Part shown: positions 29,236 through 40,184 of the stretch, piece after piece
Numbering within the stretch: position 1 is the first letter of the stretch
How the letters are laid out: the number at the start of each line of letters is the position of its first letter
Source of the DNA: Lytechinus pictus
Taxonomy: Eukaryota
DNA length: 64,000 nt
NCBI RefSeq assembly: GCF_037042905.1
Contig: NC_087245.1
Location: 20,524,001 to 20,588,000, forward strand
Reading direction: 5' to 3'
The notes under the pieces: generated by a model
What the model saw: only the letters and a program-made list of their open reading frames with translations
Told to the model about the DNA's origin: nothing
Database searches by the model: none
Program-made: the position numbers and the translations under genes

Positions 29236-30848
29236 AGGCATAGAATAAAAAACATCACAGAAATAATCAAATCAAACAACCGTACATGGAATTCTTGTGC
29301 ACTCCCCCCAGCTATTAAAAGTACATGCACATAGCATTTTACAGAAATATTTGTGATAGACATAGGCTTATATAGCTATCATGGCAGGAGATAGGTCATC
29401 ATATTTCTGTATAAATATAGAAACAGATTATCATCTGTAGGTGATAACGATTAATATGCTGTGATCTTCACATTAATCAGGAAGTACCGGTAGTCAATTA
29501 ATGCTATTGCACAGTCACAGTGTATTCAAATAGTCAAGTCCCACTTCCTATAAAAATGCCAGCAACGCAATGATACTCAAAACTATACTATAGTAATAAA
29601 AACAAATGGCAATATAAAAGTCAAGCACCTCATGGAAGACTTTCAACTCATTAGCACATGCTTATAATTTATAATACCTTTTAATACTTGGTCATGGGTT
29701 AAATTTATACTGTAATTATCAATCCTCAAGCAACTGCTGGTTAATACCTGGCTTGTCAAATTATTGATCCTGGACCAAATTGCTTTTTAACACCAAAATG
29801 TTAATGATGTTTAATTGTGCTGTATTATAGGGTGTTTTAATGTTGTTGTTTTTCAACAAAGATATTGAGAGAGAAATCTACAAAATAAGAAAAAGACAGT
29901 GGAAAAGTTTTGAATGATATCAGACAAGACTTATTTCAAACTTAACCAATGTTAACAAAGAAATTGGAAGGAGGAGAGGGGCAAACAAGTTTTTTAGGTA
30001 AAACTTTACGCCCACAACAAGGTATGTTACAAGGTATGTAATGTTTTTTATATATATTTCCTTCTTTCATTCAATGATTCACACAAATCTGTCACACACT
30101 AAAACAAATATTCCCTGACTGCCTTTTGGCCAAGCCATTGTACTCGAAGACCAAAGAGTGGACTTGTAATACATGTATACCTAAATAACAATTAGAACAG
30201 AAATTCAGAAAAACACCGACATTCTTTGATTTCTTCACTTTCTTGTACAAGAGTAGATAGACCTCAGTCTACAGACTTTCAAAAAAATAGATAGCCTACA
30301 TACATGTGTAACTCTATCTAATCTAAAAAAATTCTATCTACAGTTTTGCCGACCAATCAATCACAATACATTATTCATCTCACCTTACATTTAATGGTAT
30401 TAATTAGATCTATTTGAATCACACTGTACTGTCTAACGTTAGTTTTAGTGGACTAGATCTAGACCTTTATATGTCTAGCATGATTTTTACTTTGGCAAAC
30501 TTTTATTACCCATAATTTTTGTAAAACTAAAAATGGAGAATAAATTTTCTAATTTTATGATTATGACACTTGTGTCAGCAAACAGTCAACTAAAAAAAAT
30601 CATACACAACAAACAAGAATAATACATTCTTCTCTTTTCATCTCATCCTCCCAATGAATGTAACAACTAACATGCAACATTCACGAAAACAATATAGTCA
30701 CGCGCTGAACATGGGCCCTGGGCCTGGCTGGGGAAGGAAACTGAGGCGAGTCAGGCCCATCGGCATCGCGCCCAGGCCCAGCAGTCAGCACATATAAATT
30801 TGTATGGAGAAAGACCGCGACCGACAATGAAATGCAAAACCGACTTAC

Positions 30849-30974
30849 CTGAGTGACAAGTGGAACGAGGGTTTGCTCAATGGATTTCGTCTTTATTTCC
30901 AAGGTCTTGGAATCCAACTTCAAAGACACATTCTCGTCATCAGCTACAGCACTATAGACGCCTGCAGACGCCAT
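30849..30974 (-). CDS. CTNNAL1: First coding exon of an alpha-catulin-like (vinculin/alpha-catenin family) gene; 42 aa MASAGVYSAVADDENVSLKLDSKTLEIKTKSIEQTLVPLVTQ
   Basis: Good start context (aaaATGGcg), CpG-rich surroundings, perfect phase-0 donor CAG|GTAAGT at 30849/30848. LEIKTKSIEQTLVPLVTQ resembles the alpha-catulin N-terminus (LEIKTRSVEQTLLPLVSQ, recalled) better than alpha-catenin. No further exons recognised in 1-30848. Confidence 0.78.
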
Positions 30975-31150
30975 TTTGCGCATAATGTTGCCCTTTTTTC
31001 ACCGCTACAACAGGATGAGTGGCACCGATGAGTGATTTCAATTACCATCCAGAAATTTTCGAGCAAGCGCGCGTGTCGCTCTATCATACAGTATGGTATA
31101 TACAGCGTGCGCGAATTTTTCGTACCGTTAGTCTCTTTCCTACCGAGAAG
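30975..31150 (-). promoter_or_regulatory. CpG-rich 5'UTR/promoter of the alpha-catulin-like gene
   Basis: CpG enrichment (gcgcgcgtgtcgc, gcgtgcgcga) immediately upstream of the ATG. Confidence 0.45.
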
Positions 31151-34100
31151 TATCAAAGTTGTCTCAAGATGATAAAACAAATGACTGACGAGGGATATTT
31201 CAGTTTAATTGGAAAGTCATGATCTTTTTACTTATATCTCCATTAATTATTAAATGGTTATGATCTGTCTGCATTCTGATTATTGCAATTAATATTATAT
31301 TCCCTCACTTCATAATTCCTTCATGCTCCTTGCAAGTGAACTAATTTGGATGACGCACACGTACGCGCTCGTAATAACTCCAAATAGAAAGTTAATGAGG
31401 GGATTTCCCCTCCCAAAAATATCTAGCGGTGGGCGTGGCCAGGTGGGGTGGTACTGGTAGAAGTCTTGGGGAGGTGAGAGGAGAGGAGGGGAGAGGAGAG
31501 CAACGAAAAGAAACAAAAAGGAAAGAAAAGAATAAAAGAAAAGAAGAAAAAAAGGGGAAGTTCAGGGAATGGAAGAATATAATAAGGAGAGGTTGGGTTT
31601 ATAATACCCCTATAACTCAATCGAGAAGAAATATAACGTCATCCCCAGGTCATCTTACCCCCCCCCCCCCTCCCAATCAAAACATCCTGGAACAGCTTCT
31701 GGTTCTAACCTCGAGCTTTCGGATTATAACTCATAACTGCATATTAAAAACATAAAAGCACCCAGTTTAGTCCACAGGGTTCAATATTTGACGCCCCCTT
31801 GCGACGAATACATCAGAATTCTAAACATGATCATTTCAGTATTCTGCTTGGCAGAGAGAGATGGAAAGGGGAGATTTTAATGTATACTCAACTTGCATAT
31901 AAAGCACAATTCGGTGTGGATTTTAAATGAATATCATTCTTTGGCAAGTCTCACAAATAATATTTCTACACAATCGAGAGTTATTCAACATTCCTGAATA
32001 ATATCCTTTATTTTGTTTTCATTTTCCAGTGTCCTTCCCCTTTCAGAAATGTCAGTTTCATTTTGTGGGCAGTTTGGTAAAATAGGTTTTTGAGAAAAAG
32101 CAATAAGTGAACTGATTTTTAATTTCAAAGGATTTCAAGCAAGATTCACTAAATCAATAAAAAATAAAAGAATAATGGACTTGCAGGAGTTTATATTTTT
32201 TACCTAAAGAAAGTTTGGATGCTGAAAATGCTACCTAAAACCGCCTTCAGGAACTTCATAATCCTGGAAACAATTTTCAGTGTAATGAACTAGTGCACAC
32301 TAAGGAACCACCCCAGCAGTTTTTCAATTAGAAGAGTAAGAGGAAGCAGAAATCTACACCAGCCCCCTTTCAACGATTCTGCATACAGGTACAGCTATGC
32401 AATATTAACTTACTTCACATCAAAACAAGATTGAAATCTGAAACCATGAATTTTGGTTCTTAGTTCAAGGAAATTTCAGAGGAGGGGCGGATCCAGGATT
32501 TTTCCAAAAAAAGAGGCCTTCACTTTCAAAAGGAGGGGCACACTTTTGTTTTAACAGCATTTTTACATTACAAATTTTAATTTTGCTTCTCAAAAAGGGG
32601 GGGGGGGCACAGGCCGGCAGTGTTTTGGAGTATATCCTTTAACTGCAAATGATGAAATCTACAAACATAAAAAATCAGGAATGGATGAGGGATGAGCAGG
32701 GTTTTTTTAATGAAATCTTAATGGCTTGATCCTTTGGAATAGAATGTCCAGTATAGTCATTCCCATAACATGAGCCGCAGAATCACAGGGGCTGAGGAGG
32801 ATTCACACTTCCCTACTTTTTCAATATATATATTTTTAAAGAACACCTAATTGTGATTTTTTTTTCACGCCCCCTCCCCACTTTTCAAGGCCATTCCATG
32901 GACCCTGCATAATCATATAATTTCAGATGCTTTCTAAATTTTCCTGTATGACTTTGTTTACTGTAAAAGTTCATCATCATGGCAAAATGTATAATTTCTG
33001 ATACTGTAAAGTGTTTCTTTTTTTCTCCTCATAAGTAATAATCAGAGAAATGCATATTTCATGAAAAAACAAGTCAATGAAAATTAAGTTGTTAAACTGA
33101 GGTTTATTGAAAATAGTACATATAAATGTTTACTATGTATTTCATGATTAAGATTTAACCTTGGCTCCCTTTCTCACAACTGTTGTTTTATTGCTCATAT
33201 AATTTACAGTTATCTTCATCAACATGATGCAATAAAAAACACCTGAAGAATTATTCACTGATCTTCCATCGATCCCTCAGTTAACCCATACTGGCAAATT
33301 AATTCATTGATTCCTATAGCTTTGTAATAGGGACTGCCCAGTTCAAGTAGGCAAAACAATACACAACCCCTAAAATTTTTCTAAAATTAAGCTATAAGTT
33401 TTCTATTCTTTTGTTTCATCTGTATTATTATCTAAAGGATCTTGTATATAAATTAGTTTAAAAATTGTCTTTGTTCTGATTTCAATACACAGGATACTAT
33501 TGTCATTGCTTGACAAATGGATCAAGGTAGTAGTCAAAGACCAACACTCATCTACTATCAACATGCTCAATTATGATATCATTGTAAGACCTACTGCATA
33601 ACCTTAATATTTTTTGGTGGTTTCATTGTCTGTGTTCCACAACTAGACAACTGCAAAATTTGACAAGCTATACGTGCACAACATGGATGGAAAAGCAATA
33701 AAATCATGTTCATGAAATAGCATATTATGCAGTATTGAAAATTATGATTTGAGTCTATTCAATAACAAAGAACAATCCTGCAGGATCAAGGAATTATAAG
33801 ACTTGTGCTGGAGATTGCATCTGCATATCTTACCAAATTACTTGCACACAAAATTATGAAATAAAGGGGTTGCTTTTAACAGCCTGACAATGTACACACT
33901 TACAGTGTTAAGGGTATCAAAACTGCCAAAATCAGGACAGAGGGGTACTTTTCAAACCCGGATAAGGATAGGTAAATTTAAACCTATAAGGCAAATAGAA
34001 TAATTGAGGCATTATTTCTGGTGGGGTAAACTTGAAAAACATTTGTTAAAGGTCTCCGAGATGGAGGGATGTTTTACTTGATATGGGTTCATTTTTAAAA

Positions 34101-35348
34101 AGTCTGTGTATGAGCATGGTTTCTTCCTTGTAATGGTCATGCCCATCCCCAATCAAAATGTTCGCAAATCAATGAAGTTTTAAAACTGGTATGTATGATA
34201 TAATTCTTGCTTTGATCTGTCAACATGATTTTAGATTTCCCTTGATGATGAACCCTTATAATTATTCACCAATGTTACTTCAGTGCCGACCTCACAGACA
34301 CGTTGTTAGCCTAACAGAGCGCTAAGAGTAGGAACAGTCACATCATGTCACATATTTCATATTGTGATGTCAATCGTTGATCCAAGATGTAAATAACCGG
34401 TTGTTGTGACCCAAGTTGCAACATTACTGATTTAAATAGGGCCTCTGTTAGTGCACTGTTTGCGTTAACAACATTTCTGTGCAGCTAGTACAGGTGAACA
34501 GTACAACATTCACACTTATGCTCTTTTATATAGCGCCCAACAAGTCTGTAAGCGCTCTAAAATAATGCAGCATAATTACTCAGGATTTAGCAGAGAAGCT
34601 TTTACATGATCTGCATTTACAAAATAAATCCTGCCATTTTGAATTTACCACATGTAGATTGTCTGCAGGAAGCACAGAGTATTGAAGAATTTCTTACTGA
34701 ATATCATCAACACATGGAGTAAGATTCAAACCTATGATCCTCTGATTGAAAGAGAGCCACAACCACTACACCATGGGGCTTCCACATAATATCATCGAAC
34801 ATATCATAATCACATTTATATGCACATGTTGGAGCCATCCTTCAACAATCTGTGCATATTTCTTCACTGATCTTCTCAGAGAGAAGAAAAACAATGATTT
34901 GACATTGTTATATGTTACGATGCGCGCTACATTTTATGCACATTTATATCAACACACATACTATGAATGTACGTATGCATGCACATATTAATCTGCACCG
35001 CTACGAAGACGATAGAATAAATCCAAAGAACAATCAAATAATTACTGTATCGACCATATTTTTGTATACCAGGCGTAACATGGTGGCATCGGTGAATGAA
35101 ATCGAATCTAACGGACATTGAACAATGATTTGTCAAAGGAAAAGGATTGGAATGCAAAGTTTTGCGATCTACCAGTGGAAAACTGTGAGTACAACCCTAC
35201 CGTAGACTTACGTCGTACGATACATGCTGAGAATGAGAGAGGGTGAAACCGGTCATGGCTGCTGCAATTAATACATTATCATCGGCACTGACTATGGCCT
35301 GGGAAGCGGAAGACGTAGTAACAGCTTTCGCCAGGTTCAAGCAATGGC

Positions 35349-36015
35349 GTGAACTCATGTTTAAAAGTGTATGGAAAAATTGAAATGAGAGCGAAAAAGG
35401 CAGTTACCTCCTGCTCTGGGTGGGCGAGAAAGGGCTTGAGATATACAACAGCTGGACCTTTCGACAATGAGCAGGATAAGCTAGTGACAAAAGTAATCCT
35501 CACCAAATTTAAGCAGCACACAGAGCCCAAAACAAATCATAAAATACACCGATACCATATGACACAATCCCACGACGAAACTGACGATGACTTCCTGACT
35601 AAGTTGACAAATATAGCAGCCAAACGTAGATTCAGAGATGCAGTAGAGCGAGACAACAGTGTTCTTGACCAGTTCATTTGGGGTACCTCATTGAAGGATG
35701 TACAAAAAGCTCTCATCGGGAATGATGAAAGGCTTTCACTCCAGAAAGCTGTAGACATAGCAACAGGTCATGAAGCTACTAATTGGCAGATGTCGCTGAT
35801 GTCTCAAACTACAGGTCGGAAAGTAGATGCTGTGAAAACCTCTCGACCCAAACCTGCCTATCTTCTTCAGGAGAGAGGGCAACAGAAGGAGCAGTCCAAA
35901 ATGCAGAAATTGTGGGAGACAACATGATTTCTCAAGGAGAGAGAACTGCCCAGCATTTCACACTGAATGCAAAGCATGTGGGAAACAAAATCACTGGGAA
36001 TCTGTATGCATATCA
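35349..36015 (+). pseudogene. gag: Gypsy gag remnant with two zinc knuckles (frameshifted)
   Basis: Q..DET.DDFLTKL..IA...F, LDQFIWG, LSLQKAVDIA..HE motifs; another frame at ~35898-36010 reads KCRNCGRQH...NCPAFHTECKACGKQNHWESVC. Confidence 0.85.
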
Positions 36016-36189
36016 GCAAAGCAAAATACACCCAGAAATGAATAGAGTCCCAACAAGAAAGTCTACTTACAGACAGAGGAAAGTGCACAATATTAGCAAG
36101 AATACCTAGATATTGGTGCGATCCAAATACACAGCGTAGACGAAGCAAACAAATCAAGATGTCTATGCCTTCATCCAGATCCAGAAATA

Positions 36190-37390
36190 CATCAGGGATC
36201 GGCCAACTACGGTAAAGCTCAAAGTGAAGGGAGCCGAAAGCAATGTGCTACCTATGCGTATCTACAAGCAGATTTTTCCAGAACACATCGAAGATGGATA
36301 TCCAAAGAAAGGTGTGCTAGAGCCGAGCAACACTACTCTCCTGGCATATGGAGAGATTCGAGTCTGCCAGCCAGGTGTATCCAGAATAACGGGTCATCTT
36401 AAAGGGACCAACAAGAGTGTTGATGAGCATTTCCTTGTGACTGATGCAAAGGGAGAAGCAATATTCGGACTAGACAGCTGTTTGGATCTTGGTCTAATCA
36501 CCATACATAACGTGAACAAGAAGGAACCAGGCGTAGCACGCATTGACCCTGACACACCCATAGACAAACGGCCTCCAGTCAGGAATAAAGCAGATATATT
36601 GGCAATGTATCCAGAGTGCTTTGATGAGTGTAGGGTGTTTTGATGATATCCAATACCACATTACTGTGGACAACAGCATTCAGCCAGTCATACACCCACC
36701 ACGTCGGGTAGCATTTGAATTGAGGGAGAGGCTGCAACAAGAGCAGACCAACATGGAAGAGAAAGGAGTTATTACCAAGGTTGAGACTCCTACTGACTGG
36801 GTCAACTCTATCGTAGTGAAGGAAAAGCCCAATGGTAAACTACGAATATGTTTGGACCCTCGAGATCTCAAAACAGCATTAAAGCGGGACCATTACCCAA
36901 TGCCCACACTGGAAGAGATCACCCCACATCTCGATGGGGCACAAGTCTTCAGTAAACTGGATGCCAGTAATGGATACTGGAATACGCCTTTTGGGCGATG
37001 CTGTTTAAACAGACTTCCATTTGGACTAGGAGTAAGTCAAGACGTGTTTCAAATGAAGATAGATGAGACATACAAGAACTGCAAAGGTGCTGTAGGCATA
37101 GCAGATGACATACAGATCTATGGAAAGGACAATCAGAGTCATGATTACAACCTGCATGAGGCCATGGAAAACACAAGGTGAGCTGGGATCAAGTTAAATG
37201 CAGAGAAATGCATTATCAAAGTCCAAGAATGCAGCTTCTTTGGGTTGGTCTATTCTGCTGATGGTGTAAAACCGGAAATGAAAAAGATAGAAGCTATCAA
37301 TCAGATAGAGCCACCATCCAAAAAGAAGGAACTACGAAGCTTCTTGGGGCTGATCCAGTACCTTGGTTCATTCATACCAAACCTAGCTGC
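36190..37390 (+). pseudogene. pol: Gypsy pol remnant: decayed aspartic protease and reverse transcriptase; RNase H and integrase absent
   Basis: VKLKVKGAESNVLP (damaged DTGA region); RT motifs LRICLDPRDL, HYPMPTLEEI, FSKLDASNGYW, TPFGR, RLPFGL, IADDIQIYG, LRSFLGLIQYL..FIPNLA; contains frameshifts, a deletion and a stop. Confidence 0.93.
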
Positions 37391-37504
37391 CACCATGTTA
37401 CGCCTGGTATATAAAAACATGGTCAATTGAAACGATAATTATTTTATTGTTCTTTTGTTTTATTCTATCATCTTCATAGCAGTGCGGATTAATGAGTGCA
37501 TGCA

Positions 37505-37923
37505 GGTTTATTTCCAATTCGTCTCATGCCAATCCGTCCAATTGCCAGCTTGTCTACTATCATTTGGTCTATTATCAGTTCGTCGACCCGCCACATGGTC
37601 TATTTTCATTTAGTCTAATGCTGTTCCATCCAATAACCAGTTGGTCCAAATAACCAATTAGTCCATATACCATTTGGTCTAATTGGATTAAGTATTGAAT
37701 TGTGCAAAATGAATGAGAATAAAATGGATATTAGACCAACTGGTTATGAGACGAAATGGTCATAGACGAAATGATAATTAGACAAAGTGATGATTGGAAC
37801 AAATGGTTAATGGACCAAATGATTGTTAAACGAAATATAGATGGACGTAATGGCATTAGACTAAATGAAAGTAGACCATGTGGTGAGTGGACGAGTTGGC
37901 AGTAGACGTATTGGCAATTTACC
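37505..37923. mobile_element. MITE with 9-bp TSD (Merlin- or MULE-like) nested in the inverted LTR
   Basis: Ends GGTTTATTTCCAA / TTGGCAATTTACC, internal ~20-bp inverted subrepeats (gtctact / agtagac), TSD gtgcatgca / gtgcataca; absent from the left LTR. Confidence 0.75.
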
Positions 37924-38333
37924 GTGCATACATACGTGTACATTCATAGTATATGTATGTGTGATGATCAAAATGTGCATAAATTCTAGTGCGCATCGCA
38001 ACATATAACAGACATTATCAATAAACTGTACTTTCCATCAAGAGAATAAATTTATGTGCAAAAGCTGAATCCAATAAATGAAACTGAGGTAATAATATAT
38101 AGGGCCTATCTGTAAATCGTTTTGCATGCTTACAATCTATTTATGAAGCTCTACATAAAAGTAATTAGAATTATCATTTATGTTAAGAAACCTTTCTATG
38201 AGGCACACAATACCCAAGAAATGAGCACCCATCAACGTAAGCATCCAATTTAACATACAGATTCGTTCAGCTAGAAGTCCTCTCTTCTCTGCTTCCACTG
38301 TAGACTTAATAGTTAATTTCATTCCTTCTTTCA

Positions 38334-38460
38334 TCACGTTTCTTCTTGTTGTTGCTCTTGTTTGAGTTTGTTTTTAAGATGTTCATTGATGGTGGCAAAT
38401 GGGTTTTTCTTGAATGCAGAATGCTTCAGAACTTCATGGAATCTTGCACTCTCTTCTAGC
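38334..38460 (-). CDS. SLX9: SLX9/FAM207A-like, last coding exon (LEESARFHEVLKHSAFKKNPFATINEHLKNKLKQEQQQEET*)
   Basis: Acceptor tttag|, TGA at 38336-38334; E..RF..VL..SAF..NP..AI..HL C-terminal motif. Spliced CDS 627 nt = 208 aa + stop. Confidence 0.9.
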
Positions 38461-39509
38461 CTAAACCAGATGGGAGAAGTAAAATCGAAGATTAAAAACA
38501 ACAAATAAGTGGACTTCCACCATAATCTATGCCTGAGAGCGAATCAAATTGCCCTGCTCTATTGACTCAGTTGTATCAGTTGGTACTTATAAGGGTCGAT
38601 GTAACATCCTGAACAAAGTTACTTTATTCAAAGTCTTAAATCAATGCTTTTATAGTTGATGAATAGAAGCAGGAAGTGGATCAATAGACACTAGTCAACA
38701 GCACTAATCTCCTTTGAATAGAATTCTACCAAGTATTGTCTTGGCTCTTTTCTTCTATCAATCTTTTCATCATTGAAATGTAAGAGCTCAACATTAACTG
38801 CAAAGGTCATGGGAGAACTAAACTCAATGACCTCTGCCATAGGCAAAATTACATTATGATAGTCTTGATACATAGTGCTTAACTTTTGAAAAAGCGCTAA
38901 ATAAGAAGTAATTATTATTATTATTTATTATACATATACCCTTTTCATAAAATCATTGCAAATATATCGTGAATTGGGTTTTAGACATTTTGATGACCAT
39001 TTGATCTTTATTGCCACCCGTTCACACAGTAAAAAAATTGAAATTTGAGTGATGATTCCAGTGAAAAATAAGGCTAATGACAAATTTTTAGCACATGTGA
39101 AACCAAACTAGAATCACGAACGCTAATCACAATCACAAATTCAAATTCTACTCCGAAGGTGAATTCCAATTAAGTTTCACACAAATTAGGGTACAAATTT
39201 TCTGGGTGAACGGTCCAATGATTCTAAAGACATCATCATTACAACGATGATTCAATGCAAGTGTTTTGTTTCTGCATATATTGTGGTATGAATGTTTTAA
39301 AGAGTAGCAGAAAATGGTTCATAATTATACATCATAAGACTAAATGATTAAAATGTTACATTTTGGGTGAGAATCCAGGAACTACACCATAGTTTTGGTC
39401 TTGTGCTGGCTCTTGCTCAAATTTGGTGTGGTATATTGGCTTTAAATAAAAAGAACAAGAGCAAAAACTATATTCATGTATGCCTGATTGCCATACATGC
39501 CATACTTAC

Positions 39510-39572
39510 ATCATCTTCTGCTTGTCCTTCATATTCAGAGTGGATCTTGGTTTCTTTGTTGGTTGTTTGTTC
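39510..39572 (-). CDS. SLX9: SLX9/FAM207A-like, exon 4 (RNKQPTKKPRSTLNMKDKQKMM)
   Basis: Acceptor ttcatag|, 63 nt, phase 2 to 2, donor AT|GTAAGT; keeps the frame between exons 3 and 5. Confidence 0.85.
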
Positions 39573-40184
39573 CTATGAAGAAACAGAAAGCATTAAAAAA
39601 GAATCTTATACTGTACATCCTGGTGGAATGAACTTTATGGCCACCCACCGGAAACACAAAATGTGAACTTTATAGATAGACGACTGCTATAGACAGATTC
39701 TAATACATACAATCTACCTCTGTTGGGATTGGTTTTAATGTTTTCATTATCGACAATTTGCTGCAATAAAGAGAAGGCCGCCGACACAGGTTTGATTTCA
39801 TGATTTAATGATTATTCCAGATAAAAGGTAAAAGAATAGCTTATATCCCCTTGAATATGAAGGTTATTTTATTTTGACAAATATGAATTTACCTATAAAT
39901 TATTACATTCATGCCCTATCATTGAAATGTCTTAATGTACACGACTGATATACACACAAAATCTGAAATCGCTCCTTTTTTGTCGTGCTCTGAGAATATT
40001 AACTGTACACAAGTTTGTTTTAAATTACATTGTATATCCATGTGATATTCAGTACGGTACTTGTAACTGTGATACATGATCCAATAAATACCACACCATA
40101 CCAATATGATCTGAAAACAATTCCTTTTTTTAAAACAATTTTGTTTTACTACAATTAGATAGTTTGGGATAGGTTTAGCAGGTG

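Larger units (their letters stand above)
34906..38010 (+). mobile_element. Degenerate Gypsy (Mag/SURL-like) LTR retrotransposon with inverted LTRs; 5-bp TSD GACAT
   Basis: LTR 34906-35080 (TGTTA...TAACA), PBS TGGTGGCATCGGTG at 35081, gag-PR-RT remnants, then reverse-complement PBS (37386-37395) and reverse-complement LTR (37396-38010). GACAT at 34901-34905 and 38011-38015. Confidence 0.9.

Noticed and set aside
30681..30848. C-terminal part of the 100-aa ORF
   Set aside because: Read-through into the intron beyond the CAG|GTAAGT donor.
34906..38010. DIRS-type retrotransposon (which normally has inverted terminal repeats)
   Set aside because: It has a protease remnant, Mag-like RT and zinc knuckles, a tRNA PBS, TG...CA LTRs and a TSD; no tyrosine recombinase is seen.
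38461..40180. Intronic snoRNA in the SLX9 gene
   Set aside because: A C-box-like GTGATGA at ~39049 has no convincing D box or terminal stem; an Rfam search would be needed.
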